The position numbers and the translations under genes were made by a program. Below, piece after piece: positions 11,161 to 22,166 of a stretch of 63,535 nt of DNA (positions within the stretch are counted from its first letter, which is position 1; the number at the start of each line of letters is the position of its first letter). The notes under the pieces were generated by a model, which did no database searches, was not told where the DNA came from, and saw only the letters and a list, made by a program, of their open reading frames with translations. Source of the stretch: Phoronis australis (taxonomy: Eukaryota > Animalia > Phoronida); NCBI GenBank assembly GCA_002633005.1, contig NMRA01000367.1, forward strand, positions 43,818 through 107,352, given 5' to 3'.

Positions 11161-13399
11161 TTTTGACATCACAGTTTGAAGGTCAGTCACATCCTCAATC
11201 ACGTCACTAACTGGTGGTAATGTGGCACTCCGTCAATAGAAATTGGCGGATCATGGCACCAGTTGCTAAACTTGGAATTTAAAACTGCAGCGGTTTGACA
11301 TAACTTGTCAATGATGGTGAGGTTTGTTACAAGTACTTCACGAATCTCCACTAGTGTAGCTATAAGTAAACTGATGACAAAAGAAAACCTGGAATTTCTG
11401 TAGTCTGGTCCACTCTCTTTTTGCATCTTTTCCAAGGCATACTCTTTTTTGATTGCATAGCTTCCAACTCTGCTCTTCGTTCACCCAAGTTGCTGACAAC
11501 ATCTTTGATGGCAGATGAGAGCACAGAGTCTGTGTTAGAGTTGCCCAAGCCTATGAATAGTGATCCAGCAGACTGCACAAACTCTATTTCCTTATCATGA
11601 CGGTTTCGTCTTTCTTGCAGCGTAGTATCGGGGTCATAACCTAATAAGTTGACATCCCCACGGTTTCCTCGTAATCCTGGAGCCACTTTCTTTCCATCAA
11701 GAGAGAGACAAACGCTTGTGTTTTGAGCACGAACAGCTACTTGCTGAGCTATTGATTGGCAATATCCAGGAGACAATTTCTCTGGCCAGTTGATACCAAG
11801 GGGTCTATAATTTCTCACGATGGCTTCATCTGGTATGGCAAGAATTAGGTTTAAGCCAGCATGGTTCAGTTGCTGATCTTGAGAGTTCCCTCTTATCAGT
11901 GCCCCCTCTCCACGCCACCCAGTGAGATAACGAAGAGGGGCTGTCCCCCATTTTATTTGGAAAAGCTTCCAAAAAGTTTTTGTTGTAGTCGAATACCTCA
12001 TGGCTCGTATACATGGAAGGTTTAACTGCTGCAATGTTTCTAAAATAATGTGAAATGTCACACTTGATGCTGTAAGTATGTCTTTGTCAAGTGCCATTAA
12101 CAGTCGATGAACTAAAAGCTTGTTCTTGTCTGAAGCTGCGCATACTTTAAGAAAGAATCTTGTCATTTCATCTGACCTGCAACTGAAAAAATCTAAATGT
12201 ACTTTGATAAAAGCTATAATTCAATATGTAAAGAACCAGCTCATAAATAAAAAAACTATCATATAAGCAATCAACTACTACTCCATCAGCAAGCCAAGAC
12301 CGGTCCTATCGTCTGGAGGAATAACTGATAACTTAAAATTTAAGTAGGTAAAAAGTATCTGCCAAAAATTTACCATAAGTTTTGAAAAAAATTTCAACGA
12401 ATATTTCAGAAAGTATGAAGACTCTTCACTAAAAAATAAAGTTGTCTTCAAACAGATTTCAAAAGAGGGAAGTCCTTTGAAAACATAAGAAAAAATGTTT
12501 ACCTCCCCTTGGAAAAGCTGTTTTCCTTCTCTGTCTTGATGAAGTCTGTATATTGTGTACTGACACCGCAGTTTGATTCTACACTGCATCAAAAGAAGAT
12601 CCTTTCTCACTAAAAACATCAATATCAATTTCAATTTACAAAGAACTTATTGTTGTAAACTGTACTTGTGAACATAAAAAATGAAATTAGGATATCACAC
12701 AACAGACTATTGTTGTTTTCATTTTTATTTAATCATCCCTGCTTAATGGAAGAAAATGTAAATGAATTCATGATGTCTGGTTTCATAAATTTTACACATG
12801 GTTAACAGTGAAATTGTAGTGAGCTTTACACGTAACGTATAGACACATAAGAAAACAACAGGTCGAACAAAAAATTCCTGCTGCCTGAAATGCTGGATGG
12901 AAGATTAAATACCAGAAAACCAAGTCGCTTCACTTAACAAAGCTTTGGAAGTAAAGCAATTTCAGTGAAAAGTGTGCAAAAGGCCTCTATAGCAAGAACG
13001 TAGGCTTGCTGAGAATGAACATTGCATTTAAGCACAGTGTATATCGCAATGGACTTATAGGGGGCCTAACTAACGTGCTCCCATTTCTGTTTTGCAGATT
13101 TTAACACCACTGTCCCACCATTATTATTTTTATTTAAAAAATCATCAAGTATGTACGTTTTTGTCGTATCTTGGAAAGGTTGTGGCTTGTTCACTGAGAT
13201 TGGTGAAACACATGGGGAAACTAATGAGCTCTGTTTCCTGTAAAAAAAGCAGCAAAATACAAGAAAAATGAAAAACCAAATGATCGCCGCACAAAAATTT
13301 CATGATAAACCAACGTTTCGGCTATTCGTTAGACATAATCAGGATATTTACATAAGACAACAAGTGCCAAGATACATCTCAGGTGACATCCATGAAGTG

Positions 13400-13615
13400 A
13401 AGTGAGAGATGTTTTCAAACCTCTTCGCAAACTTTCCAGCATGCTATATATGCAAACTGAAGTCACCCATCACTTTACTGAACTAGAGCAATGTTGTTTA
13501 TGAGGTTGAATTTGACAACTGTAAGGAATTCTATATCGGACTCACACAGAGACGCCTCTGTGACAGGCTGAAAGAACATCACACCTCAGAGAAAAGCAAC
13601 ATATATAGACATGTA
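13400..13615 (+). mobile_element. Penelope-like retroelement fragment (GIY-YIG endonuclease) in an intron of element A
   Basis: SNVVYEVEFDNCKEFYIGLTQRRLCDRLKEH...SNIYRH. Confidence 0.75.
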
Positions 13616-14970
13616 TGATGCCAATTTGTTTGCACAAAGTGCTGCCTGTTGAGAATTTGACTAGCCAGTCAGAAACGCCGGTGTAAAATAATTTCCCGAG
13701 GAAAATTAAGTGTTACCGCGTGCTGGCTATTGACCACCTAGCAGCACACAGGGAACCAGCGAGAGTTCAGTCTCCCGTTCAGTAACTCTAGGACCTCGCT
13801 AAAAAGCAAGACTTCGCAGGATTACGTGAGATGTTGCTGTGTATTTTAAATAAGAGCACCTGACTTTGGCTAGATCAAAGCTAGGTCAAATCGTAGGTCC
13901 TATCGTTAATGAACACAAGCCCAGTATGAAACAAGGGTTACCTCCATCAGTTTACTAAAAAAGAGGTTCAACTTAAAATTGAAGTTCCTTTCGAAGAACG
14001 GGAAGTATTCATAAACACATCCTACATTTATTGATTTTTCCTTATTCCAAAGAAATAATAGGTTACCTCTTACTGTTGATGAAACTGGGATAGTCATCTT
14101 CAAGCTCATGTTCAAAATGCGATTTTTCATTGGTTGTTGTTCCAGAAGTTGATGCATCACTGAAAATAACAAGACTGTCAATCATGCTGTGTTGATTTCC
14201 CGCCAAGAACTAACAGTGCTGTATTTTCACACACATCACAGCTTTATTACAAATCATAGACGTTCATCATAATGTGGAACGGAAGGTTAGCATGCATATG
14301 TTTCCAACCTAAATGAAAATCGGTTGACAAAAGTGTTATCAAACTTCGTGAATTCTTATAACCCACTCAGTTGGTACGTCCCACATGAAATATTGCAAAA
14401 TGGTCATATACCAAATTCAGTAAACAAGTTTTATTCTTCATTCGAATATAAATTGTAAAACAGTTTTTAAAAAATATGTATTTTATGTTGTTGTACACTC
14501 AATAGTGGACTTGACATGTTCTCCTTCCATTAACAAATTTGAATAAGCAAGCATGGTCTTACACTTGTGCATTAATGATTAAAGAATGTGCTGCTTCATT
14601 TATAACTTGAAAAGACCACAGACAATCACAAAAAGTAGAATTAAGAGCTCATAGAGAGGGCTGTGTAAGGCTGACTTTTTCAGAAATACTTAAATAGTGT
14701 GTATACTATCATCTGCTGAAAATTTACCTATCAAACATGTAAGTAGATCAATCTGGGTTTAAGTCTAATACTGGACCACGCAGTTACTTGAACCTGTGGT
14801 CAATTCCACCTGGTAATAATAGTCCTTGGATAATGAAGTATATATATTGTTTTGAGGAAATTGATTTGATAGGCTAATACTGATACGTACTGTGCACTCT
14901 GTGACATCAACCAGTATATTCAGCCAGTGCAAGTTAGGTAAAAATGGTAAAATTGAAAGACTGAGGTTGA

Positions 14971-15249
14971 GGGGTCAACGCTTGATTTCGAGTCTGTTCG
15001 TACCCTTACTCGCACCCAAGTTCCTTGTCTGCATGTGATCCAACCAGTAATTGTGTGATCAACTCAACAATTTTCATTTTCTAAATAACAGGTAATATTG
15101 AGTCATTTTGCACATATATATTTGGCAGGATTGATTGATTTTAAATATCGTATGCCAAAAATCAACTATTGAAACACTTTTGAAACTTGATCTGGGTAAG
15201 AGTTGGCTTGGGTAAGAGTTGACTTGGGTTCGAAGTGACCTGTTTCCCC
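14971..15249. mobile_element. Small MITE-like insertion in the first intron of the element A transposase
   Basis: Inverted sub-terminal repeats (cgtaccc/cgcacccaag versus ttgggtaagagtt..ttgggttcgaagtgacc); related fragment near 18106-18150. Confidence 0.4.
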
Positions 15250-15928
15250 AAGTCCAGGTTGAAACTAAATTAATAAAGTTTAATGTGATAAATATGACTT
15301 ACGTTACGTCTTGTCCACATTTACAGCACAAAGAAAATGGCCTTGAATTAGTTGAGTGACTACAATTGAGTAGGCCTGGGTTGTCTTCGTCTCCACATGC
15401 ACCACATTTTACACATAACTCGCCGGCTATATGCGTCAAATCACAGCCAGTTAGAGATGATCGCCAAGTCACTCCACAGCGTTCACAAAAACCATTTTCT
15501 GACGCGGCGAGAAATGAATGCGAATGAGAAGAATGGTGATATTCTTTTTCCAAATTACGTTTTGCCTGGCTGACAGATCTTTGGGGTGTCGAAAAATGTT
15601 TTCTTGGAGCAGATCCGAAAGGTGAAATAGGTGAAAGACAGGGTCTTTTCGAGTTAGAACGGTCCATGTCATTTTGAGAATAAAGCGCGCGAAGAAAGCA
15701 GGCGATAACTGAAGTCGCTAGTCTCACTGTCAAAATTAAGATTTGATGTTACAAACAGGTTTGGAAAGTCAATAAATTGCAGAACAAATAATTAGTTTCA
15801 ATAATGTTTATTGTTTCTAAATCATAACAATTACATCACAGTACAGACAAAAATAACATCAAAAATATATTTAATCTCGCACCCATTACACAGCTGTCAA
15901 CGCTGAAGTTGACATTTTGTCTGTTGAC

Positions 15929-16109
15929 CGTGTTTGGCGGTCCATTAACCGTGTTTCCTCGTGAATATGAGTCCGTGTCCCGTGTATTTGGGTGCGTGAA
16001 TCGTGTTTTGTGAGTCCGTTCCCGTGTTTGGGAGTCAGTGGACGGTGTTTGCCGGTCCGTGAGTCGTGTTCATGCGTCCGTTCCCGTGTTTTTGAGTCTG
16101 TTGACCGTG
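15929..16109 (-). repeat. Right TIR of element A (~180 bp, terminus 5'-CACGGTCAACAG)
   Basis: Inverted match to the left TIR; periodic CCGTGT motifs; followed by TAG and Gypsy sequence. Confidence 0.9.
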
Positions 16110-16245
16110 TAGTTTAGGTACCTTGACAATGACCATGGCAATTGGTCTCCCAGTAAAGTGGTTGAGGTGTCGGGGCAGATCTCCCGAATCATTTGTCGTA
16201 ACAACACCGGGTGGTGTCAGTATTCGCCGCAATCGAAGAGAGAAG
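16110..16245 (+). pseudogene. Gypsy integrase C-terminal (GPY/F-like) fragment
   Basis: RYLDNDHGNWSPSKVVEV / SPESFVVTTPGGVSIRRNRR, continuing the 3965-4319 fragment. Confidence 0.8.
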
Positions 16246-16287
16246 TTTTTAGTTATTAAAATAGTGTTAAATGACTCAGCGGGGAGA

Positions 16288-16579
16288 TGTAACAGTATTG
16301 ATTAGTACATGTGTACTTGAGTTATTATTCATAATGCTAAATCGTCGTGAGAGACCGTTCGGAGTTGGTATATGGTGCAGTTCTACTGTGAGTCTATAGA
16401 TCAATGTGATAAACGAGAGTAGTTCTACTTGCCACGTTAGCTGCAGGTATCATTATCGTTTTTATGACACAAATTGTGAGACTGGGCAAAGACTTTTCAA
16501 CTTAATGTATATAAACCAGTGGAGCGTGAGACCCTCGAGGTCCTTAATTGTCAAGACCTCACGACAATTCTACGTTATG
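16288..16579 (+). mobile_element. 3' LTR of the Gypsy relic
   Basis: Starts TGTAAC directly after the purine-rich gcggggaga (PPT-like) tract; homologous to 1335-1497; right boundary approximate. Confidence 0.7.
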
Positions 16580-17090
16580 GTTAGCTTAGGAGCTTGTATT
16601 GACAAGTGAAACTAGTTCTGGTGCAGCCATATTGAATGGTAGTGATCTTGTCATAGGTGACGAATCAGTTCCAAATGGGTTCGCTTGGCTGAAGCACTTT
16701 CAAGAGCAGTTTTAGGTTGTTCTATTTGAAAACCTAAACTCTCAGCAACCGTCACTTGCATGACTGCTCTGTTTTGACACTGTTTGCCCAAGAACCGATC
16801 CGCCATGTTGCCCTATCAATAAAATACAGTAAACAGCAGAAGCCTCTATGAACTTGGACAAACCTCTAGCCAGAGATGATAGTCGATTTAGTCAAGCATT
16901 TGATACAATGAAACTTATTTTCTGTCAAATTTAAAATCACAACTAGTTTGCCTATAGTCGGTAATTGCTCCTTTGTAACAATTACAAGCCTTTCGAGCCG
17001 ACCAGCCGTGAGACAACTGTGCACATTTTTCTACATGAACATTTTCATCGTCCTCGATTCATGCATGAATACAAAATCATTTAACGTATC

Positions 17091-17392
17091 TGGTGATAGA
17101 ATGGATTTAGTGGCTGAAGCGTATTTACTGTTTGACTTCGCGTTGCGTGCTCTGCATGTGATTTTTGTGTCGCTCACCTACTTTTCGTACTTCGTGAAGC
17201 TAGTGTAGTTGCGGGCTTGGTGTTCTTCAAGCTCTGTGTTTTGTTAAGTTTATTGTAGATCCCCTTCTATAGACCATTCAAACTCCACGTCCCAATATAC
17301 ATGTAGGTAATCTGTTGGACACCCTAAAATGTACTACCTGCCCGAAGCTAGGAGCCAAAAGCAGCGATCATCCGCAAAGTTTGATGGGCCGT
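17091..17392 (-). pseudogene. Degenerate paralog of the Ig-like exon at 34989-35312
   Basis: Same acceptor agACGGCCCATCA; matching VEFEWSI..KITC.ARNAKSNSKY; stops and a deletion. Intron homology continues to ~16680 (versus ~34520). Confidence 0.85.
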
Positions 17393-17566
17393 CTGGAAGA
17401 ACAATTATTTAGGTAGGATAATGTGTAACTGTTGCAATTAGAATTGATGGCACAATGCGATATTATTTGTACAGTACCAGTGGCGAATCTAGGATATCAC
17501 AAGGGGGCCAACATTTTTTTCTGTAAGCAATTGCGCAAACCACGATTATAGATGCGCATAGCACCN

Positions 17567-17567
<1 letters not shown>

Positions 17568-17620
<53 letters not shown>

Positions 17621-17625
17621 ATACA
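17568..17625. repeat. (CA)n microsatellite
   Basis: Visible directly, adjacent to N17567. Confidence 0.95.
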
Positions 17626-17827
17626 TTTAAAATATATATGTGATGTGTAGTGTACTTGGCACAATCAGAATTTGAAAACGCCTGTGGTCAGTCCCAGGCG
17701 CCCACATCCTCACTGGTGAATCGTGTTTCAGCCGTGAATAAATACCAGTTTCAGTGATAAAAAATGATTTTTTTTTTGGCATTTTAACAAATCACTCAAA
17801 AAGTGTTCGTTCTCTGATTATTTGTAG

Positions 17828-17890
17828 ACAGTGTGTAGCTAAGTGGCTTGAGCTCGTGAGAGTTATGTTCGAATCCTGGCTTTCACTGAC
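17828..17890 (+). mobile_element. Possible tRNA-derived SINE head
   Basis: A-box-like TAGCTAAGTGG (17836) and B-box GTTCGAATCC (17867); no full cloverleaf. Confidence 0.35.
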
Positions 17891-20081
17891 AGATAGTTGA
17901 TCAATGCACAACATTGTCTCCTACTGCTCAGAGACTGAGCTCGTTGTTATTAGTGAGTGAATAAAATAATTCAAGGGAATGAATGAGAGCCAATTTGCAA
18001 TAATTGGCTGTGGAGTGCAAAGAAAAGGATGAAAGAATTACAATTTAATAATTTAGACTTTCTCACCTCGGGGCTGGGGAGGGGGTTAATTCTACAAGGT
18101 TATAGAACAGGTCACTTCATTTTCGTACTCAAGGGTCAAGTCAACTCGGATTCATATCAATGTGAACAGGTGTTCTAAAACAGGACGGACTGTTCTAGCT
18201 TTCTACCCTCAACCAGGAAATGGGGAGGACTTTGAGTTAATTTTTTTAAAAGTTTCATCCGTTTATAGATATCAATGGTTGTCTTAGTACCGGAAAGCCA
18301 ACTCCTGCACATGGCCTATATTTTCTATTATTCAAATGTGTGAGTCGGGGACTAGCCGTACAGTGTATGTAATTCGAATTAGTTGCAAAATGTTGTAGTG
18401 ACAAATTCCATGGAAAGAACAAACATCGTAACAGACGAATGCTATCGCAGCGCAAGGGCATGTAATTGAAGTTGGCATTCCATGAACATACTTCTGTGGT
18501 TTCAAAATTGTAAATATATGACACAGCCTGTAGCATTTATTGATTCTCATTAATCTGGGTACTTATAACAACATAGTCATGAGAAGTGTAATTGAACTAG
18601 GACTACATTATAAACATCTAAACTCAATATCATTTAAACTTTTGGTTCACCTCGGAAAAAAGAGGAATTGGTCTTATTCGAGCACAGTTTATGTGCTTGA
18701 AGTTAACAGATTCAACCTTATGACTGTTACTAAGTTTTGAATCTGGTCAATTGTCTGAGGTTGAGAATGAATCTCCTACCCTGTTCTTATACTGTACAGT
18801 AGAACTCTGTAAATTGGTAATGCTTCATTTGGAATTTTAGAAAAGGTTTAAATTAATTCCGCAATAACGCCTCGAGATAAATCAGACTTTGACGAAATAT
18901 ATCAGTGTCGCTGGAACCAACTTAGCCATTTCTACTGTAATTCAATGAGATATCAACTAGAACGTCACACAAACCACTGAATCTTAACCCAAAAGCTCCA
19001 ATATGCAATAGCTTTAGGTGTCTATGACTTGGTATAAAACACAAAAAGTATTCACATGTGCAGGATGTGGGAAATCTTGAAATAGTGTTTGTATCACTCA
19101 CTCAAAAATTCTCGAGAAAATGTTTTTGAATTTTGTGGACATTTTAGGGCGTTTCCAGATGCATTGTAATTGCCGTCTATCCCCGCTCCTAGGTAATTGC
19201 TTATTGGCTAATAGATGCTACCATTATAATCTAACCAATCAGAGTACCGTTTTGATGATTTTTAGCTTGTGCAGTCATTTACAGCGCTCGTTTCGCATAT
19301 TGGTTTTCAACATGTTGTGATGCTGTTTAGATTGAGGATTAGCTGCGTCACGCGCAAAATTCCAGTAAGTACATGTAATGCAGTTGAGGTTTTACGTTTA
19401 GTCTATTAATGTAAGCCTGCTGGATATTGTACATGTATGAATAGTGTTTAATTGTTGAACTGTAACGGCTGCTTTGTGGTGGATTCGTCTTATGCGGGTC
19501 CAAGTCCCGTGTGCCAGCCATATTGACTATTAGATAATATTTTGAGAACATTGTTTGGTTCTGTTGTGTGACAAACTTTAATTATCGTTTGTAGATAACC
19601 GTCAATTCAAGAATAAATCGATTAAACGAAGCTGACGCGTTATACTATCGCCCAAACTAATAGGTACATGTACCTCTTTACCCCCACTTAAGAAAGTCTA
19701 CCTATACCGATGCACTGTATGGGACAGCAACAGTTTCGAGTGTCAATCAACTATATCTAAAAAGCTATGCCACAAAATTTATAGTCCTTGAATTGAAGAA
19801 ACATTGAAATATCTCCAGGGGCGGAGCCAGGACTTTGAGTTAGGGGGGCAGGGCACAGTATTAGTCATGATTTTGCCCGTCAGACATTAGCACCATCAAA
19901 TTGGGGGGACATGGCCTCCTCTAATTCCGCCAATGGTTCCAAAATAAAAGCATAGTACATTACCAGGTTTATCTCTACAAAAGGGACAGGAAAATGCCAC
20001 GCACAAAAGCTATTCACAATTTCCAGTACTGGTACTACTGTATAAATACTCTGGCTTTGCTATCTGTACCACTATCAAAAT

Positions 20082-21000
20082 TTAATGTAGGACATTGGCA
20101 GTGACTGTCAGATATGTGACGGAAAGAAATTCCAGTGCTTTCACTGACAAAGCAGTCAGTCTGAATTTATCTGGATAACGGATCGTCATCTGTGCCACTG
20201 CATCCTCCTTGGACAAAACTGAAGCATCGGTATTCGGCATTGGAGGGGAATCAATTCCTAAGCGAATTTTAAGATCACCAGCTTCTCTGTTGTTCCGCAC
20301 TAAGTGCAAGGTGTTCTCCCCTACTTCATTTACATATTCTGAATAGCACAACAGCAGCAATTTATAAGTAAAAAAACACAAATCATGAGTAATCCATGAT
20401 TAAAAGAGAACACGACGATATCTAATTGTAAGATTTCGCCTACCTTTATAACCTTCTAACAAATGCCAAAAGTAGATTTCAATCTCGTTTTTTGAAGCAG
20501 ATTACATGTATTTTAACAATCACAACCTTGGAATTGAGTTACCATCCTGTTTTACTCTATTCATAGTCTGCAATGTTTTCAAAATACACGAACCTTTGGC
20601 GATCAGCTTTCCTTGCTGTGACTTTTAGTTTTATCCATGTCTGACTAAATGTTTCATGGAAAAACACTTGCGAAATATGGTGATTGTGAAAAAGATCGTT
20701 ATTATTTAGGCACTGCAAAAGCGTCATGAATTTTTAGACAACAATATTATCAAGGTAACTTACACCAGCTTCAACCTTCATGACGAGTTTGTCGTCGAAG
20801 CAACCGTCCTCAAAATGGTCGGAGCATATTTGGGCTCCAGCACATGGCTGACTCGACAGTCATTTTCAAAAGACGAGCAGTGCACACGAAAACGTGCCAT
20901 TACGCGGCCAGATGCTTGTCTTTTGGGAATTTAATAGCGCTCACGCCTTCCACCTGGGTGGTGTTAGAACACCATTGCTAAACACCCCAAGGTTGAACGG
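20082..21000 (-). mobile_element. Internally deleted THAP/Kolobok-like transposase relic
   Basis: Degenerate THAP at ~20775-21000 (WCSNT..EGVSAIKFPKD...ICSDHFEDGCF) and a C-terminus YSEYVNEV...PP...SKEDAVAQ..RY resembling Kolobok transposase ends. Confidence 0.5.
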
Positions 21001-21815
21001 TCTTTATTCGTCGTGTACTGTTACACAATGACGGTGAACTACATCGTGGGATATGATCTAGTTTGTGTAACCCAGCACCATGTCACGGTGTCAAAAGTCA
21101 ACGTTTCGCGGATTTTATTTTATTTTCGCTTTTTGAAAATAACTAAAGATACAATTTTACGATAATTTGAATAAAATACATCCAAATTGCAATACCTTGA
21201 AGATATTACTGCAATTTAACATGTTTCGACCTTGATAATTTCACTTTAAAGATAAGATGTTCTAAAGCAGCAATTCCTTATTCTGGGCTCGGGTTGCTCT
21301 AGAAATCGCAGGTACACTTACATATTACGTTCCGATTTAATACAATGTCAAGAAAAATGTTTTATGAGCTCTGGTACATTATGCGTTATGTTCCCGACTC
21401 TATACTGCAGGTTTGGAATTGGTGGTATCTACAATTGAGTTTGCAACTGTTCGAAGTCGGGAAAATGGAGATTTCAAGTGTGTCACTGAGGGCAGAATAG
21501 TGGACACTACAACAGGGGAGCGAAAATGTAAAAAATAAGTTCGAGCTATGAAACACCCACTTGATCAAGCTCTGATCTTATTATTGAAATGTAAGGCGTT
21601 TATCCTCATTCAAATTTGGACCATAAACATCAGGGATGTCGATTTTCCTCTGCAGAGTAACTATCACATTCGCGGGCACCTCCCTCGGTTGTACGGCTGT
21701 ATCAAAGTAATCGAATGACTGATGGCAACTAACTTAGTTCAATTCGTGGAATTGCATATACATCCAGGCAATCGTCTCAAGAAAATCAGCGATCAATCTG
21801 CAATCTTTTACTTAC

Positions 21816-22166
21816 ATAAAAAATTCAAGTTTCAAATTGACTTGAACTTCCTGCCGGTGATCGATAGTATTCCTCGCTCGAAATTTCAACGACAGGCCCC
21901 GACGAAGTACCTCTCGAGGTACATCAATTCTTTCGAAATAATATACGAAGGGTGTAGGTGACTTCGCCGTCTTGTTGTTACCGAAACGTTTCCACCTGAT
22001 GCGTCAACTTAAATCGAGGGGCTTGAGTACATGTACATGTACACGTAGTCTGTGTAAATGACCAATTCGTAAACTTTTCAGCAAACAACAATGCATTCAC
22101 CGGAGTATATTTCATGCCGTTGTATCTTGCTCGCAGTTGATTGAACGGAGAGCATTCTTGGGCCAT
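21816..22166 (-). pseudogene. Degenerate paralog of the Ig-like exon at 53021-53359
   Basis: Same acceptor (cagATGGCCCAA) and donor (..EFL|gtaagt); frameshifts and stops; flanking homology extends to ~22.8 kb versus ~54.0 kb. Confidence 0.85.

Larger units (their letters stand above)
7031..15667 (-). pseudogene. Spliced P-element-like DDE transposase with internal YqaJ nuclease domain (element A), frameshifted
   Basis: Exon 1 at 15303-15667, short exons, large exon ~12177-8990, then 8407-8477, ~7953-8262, ~7600-7727, 7031-7219. Motifs CLSLDGKK (D ~11697), VSFDG (D ~10120), IDTTHLLTRTR (~9241), DMQS..L..F.EDV, EWFMACD, NQRAIGTQPCEGLFSSL (E ~8077). Frameshifts near 11440, 11200, 10700, 9650 and 9360. 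Confidence 0.8.
4321..16109 (-). mobile_element. Element A: ~11.8 kb CACGG-terminated DNA transposon (P-like transposase with YqaJ insert, plus convergent C2H2-ZF gene), inserted in the Gypsy integrase
   Basis: 4321-4445 is the reverse complement of 15929-16053 (3 mismatches in 125 bp); right end ...gaccgtg at 16109; Gypsy integrase reading resumes on both flanks; the outer ~56 bp of the left TIR are lost at N4320. Confidence 0.9.

Noticed and set aside
10666-11202. Prophage or endogenous virus recombinase
   Set aside because: YqaJ is embedded in an intron-containing transposase between TIRs, and no viral structural or replication genes are present
4321-16109. ProtoRAG/Transib element (CAC ends, tail-to-tail genes)
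   Set aside because: No RAG1-core or RAG2 kelch/PHD motifs and no RSS heptamer/nonamer; the partner gene is a C2H2 array
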